Origin: Saprolegnia diclina VS20
Taxonomy: Eukaryota
DNA length: 64,000 nucleotides
NCBI RefSeq assembly: GCF_000281045.1
Contig: NW_008246085.1
Span: 603,053 to 667,052 of the forward strand
Direction of reading: 5' to 3'
The translations under genes and the position numbers were made by a program. Below are positions 56,808-64,000 of this stretch, piece by piece; within the stretch, counting starts at the first letter, position 1; every line of letters starts with the position of its first letter. The notes under the pieces were generated by a model that ran no database searches, had not been told where the DNA came from, and saw only the letters and a program-made list of their open reading frames with translations.

Positions 56808-58291
56808 ATGCGCGAGCCGCTCGCGAGCACCGTCCACGTCGTCATCGTCGTCTTCAGCTGCTCGATCCACGTCTCCGTGCCCATCGCGGTCCTTGTCACC
56901 GCCGTCGCCGCTGCGCTGCGCATCCTCTGGCTGCATCAACAGCACGCGCTCAAGGTCGTCAACGAGAGCGAAGGCGACGACGAGACGTCCGCGCCGCTCG
57001 CTCTCAAGACGGACGGCCCGTCGGCCGAGGCCAAGCCGCCGCGCGCACTGCACGGCGCCCGCGTCGCGTTCACAGGCATTGCGCTCGGGGCGGACGCGAT
57101 GGCCCAAGACAAGAAGCGCATGTACTACACGCTCGAGGTCGCGCCCTTTGACGGCGGCGCGCCGTGGACACTGCACCGAAGCTACCGCGACTTCCGGGCG
57201 CTGCGGTCGACGCTTCTCGCGACGTCGCTGTACTTTCAGCACCTGAGCTTTCCGCCACGCTCGCCGCTCGGCCACGCGTTCGTGAACCACACCAAGCGCA
57301 GTCAAGGCCTCTTGGCCTTCGTCACGTACATTGTGCAGCACGAAGTGCTCTCGCAACTGCCTTCAGTGATCGCGTTCTTTGCCGTACCCGAGGTCGCACC
57401 GCTGGCGCTCTACGTACCGCACCCGCACGAGCGTGACGGCGGCGACCAAGACCGCCTTCCCAACGAGCAGCGGGCGATGGTAGCCCAACTGCAGCAGCAG
57501 CTTGACCACGATGAGCTCTTTAGCTGCCCCATCATGCTCGCGCGCCACCTCCAAGCCACATCGTGGAGCCTTCCGGAAGCGCAAGCCCGTGTCCAGTCGA
57601 TCGTCGCGTACGACTAAACCCGTCCTCTGCGTAGCTCATAGTCGAATTCTCTAGGTGGCGTGCGGCCAACGTCCCTCCGAGCTTTGACATGGACGTGCTC
57701 GCGACGGAGCTTGCGACCGGGAAGCTGTATGTCGCCGATTTTCTCGCCGCCGACAACAGCGCGCTCGCGATCGTCAAGCTCTACAAGGAGAACACGTGGT
57801 CCGCCGAGCACTATGTCTCCAACATCAAGTACACGATCGGTACGACCGACTACAGCTCGCTATCGACTAACTATTGTGGTCTAGAGCACGGTCTGCGCCG
57901 CGTCTCGCCGGCGCACAAGATGCTGGTCGTGATTGACTTTACCAACTACTCGCTGACGTACTGCCCGGACATGAGTGCGTTCCAGGACTTTGTGCACATG
58001 GTCGAAAAGTACTACATCGAGCACCTCGGCGCCATCTACCTCGTGGACCTCCCGTGGCTCTACGCCAAGATGCTGCACATGATCAAGCCGCTCCTCAACG
58101 CCACGACAAGTACGCCGATCTTAGTTTCAAGTTGATACCAAGGTGACATCGTAGGAAGCAAGCTCACGATGGTCAAGTCGAGCAACCTCAAGAGCCTCGC
58201 AGCGGTGCTCTCAACGACCGACCTCTTGCGCCATGTTGGGCCAGCACCGACATTTGAGCTGGACGTCGCCACGTACCTCAAGCCTTTCTAA
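56808..58291 (+). CDS. N-terminal TM + PX domain + CRAL-TRIO (Sec14/Sfh) protein
   Basis: PX: YYTLEV...WTLHRSYRDFRALRSTL...SFPPR...RSQGLLAFV...VIAFF. CRAL-TRIO: LARHLQATSWSLPEA...WR, VVIDFTNYS, KYYIEHLGAIYLVDLPW...IKPLLNATTRSKL. Confidence 0.85.
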
Positions 58292-58509
58292 GAACTTACT
58301 ACCGGTTTGCTATTTAACTTTACGTTTCTGCACGTCCTCAGAATCGACGCCAGCGACAGGCGCGGATCAGAACCAGATGTGGCGCATCCGATATCCCGCA
58401 ATCAAAGCACTGCAGTTTACCGGTAGATTGACGAGAAGCATAAGTGTACATAGTTGTCTTAGTTGTTATTAGCAGTAATTGGGTGCCATCTTGTTAAATA
58501 CGGGAAAAT

Positions 58510-61500
58510 CTAGTTGAAAAAGTAGGGACTCTCCAGCACCTCCTTGAGGTCGAGCTCGCCGACGCCGGGCACGGGCGGGAACTGCTGGCGCGGGAAGCGC
58601 ATGACGAGCTGGTCCCGGAGTTCTTGCAGCAGCGGCTGCGAGTAGAGCGTCACAAACTCTTGGCGCAGGCGCTCGTTCATGCGGTCGACCGAGCACGCGT
58701 GGGTCCAGTACGAGTCGTGGACGGCGGCAAACTCGAGCTTGTCCTCGCCAATGACCTTGAGCGACGTCATCATCATGTGGGTCGAGTCGAGCGAGTGCAC
58801 ATAGTTGGGCGGGAACGCCGACTTTTGCCGGCCGACGCTCACGCGCTTCGAGTCGTTGTCCGTGATGATGACATGCTGCATCGACGTGCGGACCTGCTTG
58901 GAGCTCTGGACGCGGTAGGGCTGCGTCACGGGGAGGCCGAGCGGCGTGATCCAGCTCATCATCTGGCCTTCGTTCGCGACAAGCTCCGTGCACTTGGAGA
59001 GCCACTCCATGATGAGACGCGCCGACGTGAAGAGATCGCCCATCGACTGCATAGTGAGCTCGGCGGCGTAGTTGGCGGCATGGTAGATCTGCTCTTCGAG
59101 CTCTTCATTCATGCCGCGGCCCTCCATGAGGAACACCTCTTCGAGACGCGCTTGGATCTGGCGACGCGCGCCAATGTACGTCACGCCGTAGACCGACGTC
59201 ATGACGGTCTGCTTGACGACCTTGCGCGTGATCGCCTTGAGGAGCAAGTTGGCGTACTCGTGGCGGCGCTTGAGCTCAAACTCCTTGGCCTTGGCGAGAC
59301 GCACGAGCGTCTCCTCCTTCGTGAGCGCCTTCTTCGGCACGTACGACGACCGGCGCGACTTGGCCACCGCGCCCGTCGTCTGCTCCTCGTACCACGTCTT
59401 TTCAAAGGACGGGCGCAGATCCTCAATGATCTCGTCGAGTGACGGGACCGCTTGCACCGAGTCGTGCTCCATGCGCTGGATGACGCGCGCTGCGACGCCC
59501 GAGTAGACGTCCTGCGGCTTGTCCGAAGGCACGAGGTTGACCTGCTCGCCACCACCCTGGTCGCGACCGAGCGCGGCGTAGTGCTGGAGCCCGTTGCACG
59601 ACCCGTCTTGATGCACGGGCACGTTGCAGAGGTACTCTTCCGGGTTGGGGTGCTGGACAGCCTTGGCGAGCTCAAAGACGACGCCAAGGGCCAAGAACGG
59701 CGCTTCGGCGTCCTGCCACCACTTGGAGTCGGGGTCGTCGCCCAGCGGGTTGGCGGCCGACGCAAGGATCTGCGGCATGTGGTCCGTGGCAAATTGTTCG
59801 CGGTCGTCAAACGAGCACTTGTCGATGCCGTAGAGGTTGGCGAGGTGGATCTTGAGCCAGCGCAGCCCGCCGGGGCCGAGCGGCTTCTTGTCCTTGAAGA
59901 CGAGGAGCGACCGCGACATGTCCGAGCCGAGGTGGTTCAAGTTGGGCGGGATCGGGTACACGCGGCCGCGGAAGTCCATGTTGTACGGGAAGTAGATGGC
60001 TTCTTCGTGCTGAAATTCTTCCGCGACCTGCAGCTTGTAGATTGTGTCGCAGCGCAGCGAGTGGAACTCCCGGTTCTTCTTGACAATCTATCGCAAATTT
60101 CATTGTGAGCATTGGATCCAAACTCAAAATCAGAAAATAAGAAGAAAACATGTGGGTCGACGGCCGCAAGTCGCAGTCCAAGGGAAATGGAAGTGACAAG
60201 CACGGCCGTCCAGCGCTTGCTGTAGCATGCAGTTTGAACCCTCGTGCCAGTGGGAGTTGGCCGGCAGAGGGCTTGATTCTGATGCGAGAAATAGACTAAG
60301 TACGCACCTTGGCCAGCGTCTTCTTGTACGTGTCCATGTCGGCGTTGTAGCGGGCGAGGCGGTCGGCGTCGTCAGCAATCATCTGGTAGTCTTCGACGGC
60401 CGGCTCCACCGGCAGCGAAAGGTCGTCGCGCGGCGGCAAGTCGCCAAAGCCGCCGCCGTTGTTCCAGAGCGTCATGACCACGTTCAGCACATCGCGGTTG
60501 ATGACCCACGGAATGTCGGCGAGCATGTTGAGCGACTGGACGACCGGGTCCATCTCGCCGCGCTTGGCGCACTGCAGCTGCCAGCGCGAGTCGCGGTGCC
60601 GCATGATGGTGGTCGGCAGCGTGAGGTAGCCGCCGTTGGCGACGCCGTTCCACGGACGCGGCGGCACGACCATCGGGAGGTACCGGGCGCACCACGGCAG
60701 GAAGACGTCGCCGCTCATGACCTTCTGGTGCACTTCCGGCGAGCAGCGGATGATGCCGTACCGGCGGTTCTTCTCAAAGCGGACCGTGTGCTCGAAGGCT
60801 TTGACGCGCTTGGGTGGCTCCGGGCCGTCTTCGCGGAGGTGCGAAAGCCCCGACTCGGTCGGAGCCGGAACGTCTTCGTAGCAGTTCTTCTCGAGGAGAT
60901 CGAGGAGCGCTGACCCGAGCTTGAGCTGGAGCTCCTTGGGCCAGTCGCCCACCGTGTCAAAGTACTCGAGCGCGCGGGCGCGGATGTTGGCGCGCTTGTT
61001 GTCCTGAAAGATGCGCGTGTAGTTGCGCTCGAAGGCCGGGACGGACGAGCGCGACTTCTGCTTCTCCTTGCTGATCTCCTCTTGGATCTCGCGGCCAAGC
61101 GCGAGCGTGATCTTGACAAACTTGACGCCGTCGGCTTCTATGAGCACGTGGTTGAGCACGGTCGAGATGACGATGCGCGCGAGCTTCTCGGGTGCAATCA
61201 GGTAGAGCACTGGGCCGTAGATCGCGCGGTCGATCGCGGTTGCGTCGCGGTTGTTGTCCGAGACCTCGGCGATCTCGTCGAGAATCGCTTCGGTGAGCGC
61301 ACTGCCCCACTTGTTGATGTACGACTTGGCCGAGCTGATCTCGCTACCCTTCTGTAGAGAGACGACGCTCGCCGTGGTGTTGTTGTTGGTCTCGACCGAC
61401 ATTTCGTAGATGGCTTGCTCGAGGCGCAGCTGCTTGGCGTACAGCTCGCGGATTTCATGCGCGGACTTGCCCTTGAGGGACATGGCTTCAGCCGGAATCT

Positions 61501-61942
61501 CAAAGCCGTCGAGCCAGCGAGTGATCTCTTCCGGCGACATCGCGCCGAGGCGGTGGCTCTCATCCTTGGCGGGCGGTGTGTACAGAGGAATGGTCGGCTC
61601 GTCCGGAAGAAGCGTAGGGTCCCAGACAGCCGTGTTTTGACGCGGCCGCTTGTATCGATGCGGCATGGGCGTGACCGAGAGCGAGCGCTCGAACCAGTCG
61701 GCCTTTTCGAGGGGCATGTGCTTGGAGAGGTGGTCGTCGAGGCTCTCGTCGTCGCTCTCGTCGTCGTCGTCTAGTCGCTGCATGGCCGGGATCGACGACT
61801 TCATGCGGTGCTGCGGAAGGCTGTGACGAAGGAGCTGCTGCTGCTGCTGCCAGCGCGGGAGCAGCGCGGGCGAGCGCGATGCCAGGCCCGTCGGCTTGGC
61901 GGAGCTCAGCCATCGGCGGACGTGGAGTCGCGCGGCCTGCAT
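58510..61942 (-). CDS. POLRMT: Mitochondrial T3/T7-type single-subunit RNA polymerase
   Basis: Presequence MQAARLHVRRWLSS, LPMVVPPRPW...GGY, NMDFRGRVYP, PVHQDGSCNGLQHYAALGRD, RKVVKQTVMTSVYG, PPNYVHSLDSTHMM, VHDSYWTH, ending SPYFFN. One intron at 60088-60307. Confidence 0.98.
60148..60285 (-). ncRNA. Candidate intronic box H/ACA snoRNA
   Basis: 138 nt on the host strand: hairpin 1 with internal loop, H box ACAGCA (60218-60223), hairpin 2 (GACGGCCG/CGGCCGUC), ACA (60151-60153) followed by a U-rich tract. Confidence 0.7.
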
Positions 61943-62766
61943 CTTGGCTTGCAGTCGATCCAAAGCAAAAATGGGATTGCAATCGGCCTCGGTTAATTTT
62001 GGCCAATCAACGCGCACGGCGTCTCCCGGGCTCTGAGTGGAGGGGAACCTATCTCTTCTAAATCCTGGATCGAGCTGCGTACTTTGTCGGGGCGCCATAC
62101 TTTAGTGTTGATTTCCTATGCGCACTTTATAGGACACATCGCACATAAACGTGCCACTGAAAAAGAATGCAAACGACTAACAAATCCTTTGCAATCGACT
62201 AAACTGCAAGAAGCGTCGCGCTCCTCCGTGTCTGCGATCACCTGCAACCGACTAAGATCTAGTCGCAACTCATCAGTACAGCGAAAATACTTGCCTTCTC
62301 GCAGTCGCAAACAGGTTGGGCTAGCACCCACCACAAACGGTCGCCTTCGGTGATGTTCGTAGGGCTGGAGCGACCAAGCGCAAGAAGATGCGCCAGCAAC
62401 GGCCGCGAGAAGCGCAAGGTCGTCCTTGCGTGAGGCACGACTGATATTCTTTGTGGCATCTTGCAACGGCCGTGGGGCGCGGCCCATTTTATAGTCGAAA
62501 TTCGAAGTTTGTGCCACGACTAAACATCCGCACCGAACGCCAGCGAAGGGGTCTGGGCAGCTGGTGGCCGCGACGAGCCAAGTGCCTGGGACATGCCCGC
62601 CCTTCGACGTTAACGTCAAGGACGATAGTCCCCAGATGATAATGACAACCTGTGCATTTCACATGGAGCGCCGCTTTCTGTATCGGTTCGTGATGAAACC
62701 GTCCGGTTAGCCAGTGGTTGCAGTTGCATGCGTTTGGGACAGGCAGCATGGGCGACCGATCGCTGA

Positions 62767-64000
62767 ATGATCTCGTCCATGACGTTCAGCGCGTACGCCC
62801 CGGTTGAGTTGCAGGATCTACTAACTGCCTGTACGACTACTGTAGATTGCGCTTCTAGCGCCGTGGACACACATCGATGTCGCCAACACGATGCTCTGCC
62901 GCGAGTCCGACGTGTACGACTCCGTTTGCCCATCGCAGAGCTCAGCGCTTCGCCTAGAATCTGGAATGAGCCGCTGCGCGCTGAGCTCTCGCGAGAGATT
63001 GCTTTGCTCTATGCCGGCTTGCTACAGAAGCACCGGTCCATGAACGTCCACAGTATGATCTCGACTGCTGCCAACGAGACGCGGCTCCACGGACGGCTCC
63101 TCGTCGAAGTCAAGCGCCGCGTCTTCGTGCCCGAGACGCTCGAGCGCGTACACAGATCTTACGAGTGCGCTGCAGTCAGCAGTCGCTCCTAGGTCAAAGC
63201 GCAGGCCGCCAAGCCCCCTCCTTCGCACACGACACCAAAGGAATTGGACTCGGGGCTGCACTTTCGCCGCCGCCGACCGACGCCACCGACCGAGACCACC
63301 GACGACAACACCGAGGCGTGCGTAGCCAAACCGCATCGACAGAGCTCCATGATGAGCCCCAAGAAGATGTCGCTGCCGTCGGTGCGGTCGGCGTTGGTGC
63401 TCTCGACGGCGCCCGAGCTCTCCAACCAAGCGCCGTCACCGCTCAAGGCCAAGGACGGTGCGTCGACTGGCTGTTGGGTGTATTTACTCCGCGACGATAG
63501 CTAGATGGTGTCAACGACAAGCTTACGTCGTCCGTTCGCTTTGTGCAGTTTGCCAAGACGCGCGTGGACCTGCGCGATTTGCTGCAGATGACGGCGACGA
63601 CGGAGCTCCCCGTGACGCACTTCCGTGACCGACCAGTTCTCGCGTCAGCCATACTTGACGCGGGCGTGCCTCTGCCGAAGCGCACTCCGTCGATGATGCC
63701 TCGTACGACAGAGCACTCTGTAGCTGCACTCTTCCCTTGGTGTAGCGCCTCGTCCGCGGTACCTCTATGCCGAGAACAGCGCTGCGCTGCCCCACACCAA
63801 GCCTATCTTTGACGACTACGTCGTGCCCAAGGAGGTCTGGGACGCCGTCGAGGCCGAACGATCACTCCAGAGCATCAAGGTCGACGCGAGCAGCAACTTT
63901 GAACCGCTGCCGCAAGACGACCTGCCACTGGTAGCGATCGATCTACTACTCGTACTGTACGTGGTGGGCGGTAGGACGTGTATTTTGCGCGCGAGTGTCC
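62767..64000 (+). CDS. Hypothetical multi-exon protein; start uncertain, runs off the window
   Basis: Consecutive ORFs (62767-63192, 63244-63504, 63543-63812) can be linked by ~45 nt GT-AG introns. No domain recognised. Confidence 0.5.

Noticed and set aside
60224..60285. Assigning an rRNA target to the snoRNA pocket (partial complement to SSU CUUGAUUCU)
   Set aside because: The bipartite pairing conflicts with the upper stem, and the organism's rRNA is not in the window. Left unassigned.
58510..61942. T7-like RNA polymerase as evidence of a phage or viral insertion
   Set aside because: It has a mitochondrial presequence, a spliceosomal intron and housekeeping neighbours. It is the normal nuclear-encoded mtRNA polymerase.
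62116..62619. 167 aa minus-strand ORF upstream of POLRMT
   Set aside because: No recognisable domain, and it overlaps the promoter-motif cluster.

Overview
Gene-dense, GC-rich eukaryotic DNA with many ~40-55 nt GT-AG introns and oomycete-type Inr/FPR core promoters. It is most likely a Saprolegniales oomycete (inferred; the species cannot be read from the sequence). About 33 protein-coding genes can be supported. They include KRI1, a ubiquitin gene running into an N gap, a PRH/HAT3.1-like PHD protein, MOCS3/UBA4, a ZFC3H1-like protein fused to LRRs, CDC5L, ureF, ureG, a PPTC7-like phosphatase, ODR4, COG8, UBC4, a secreted Cys-rich mucin-like protein, an AN1 zinc-finger protein, a SERAC1-like protein and the T7-type mitochondrial RNA polymerase. 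There are also five phosphoinositide-related genes. The best leads are ones the ORF track misses or does not label: an 8-exon mitochondrial Whirly-like ssDNA-binding gene, a candidate box H/ACA snoRNA in the unusually long mtRNA-polymerase intron, a head-to-head pair of complex I NUXM-family paralogs, and recurring promoter motifs (TATCCGG, CGACTAA, AATAAAA(T)ACG). No CRISPR array, rRNA, tRNA or intact mobile element was seen. Exon structures were spliced by eye and family calls come from recalled motifs, not database searches.
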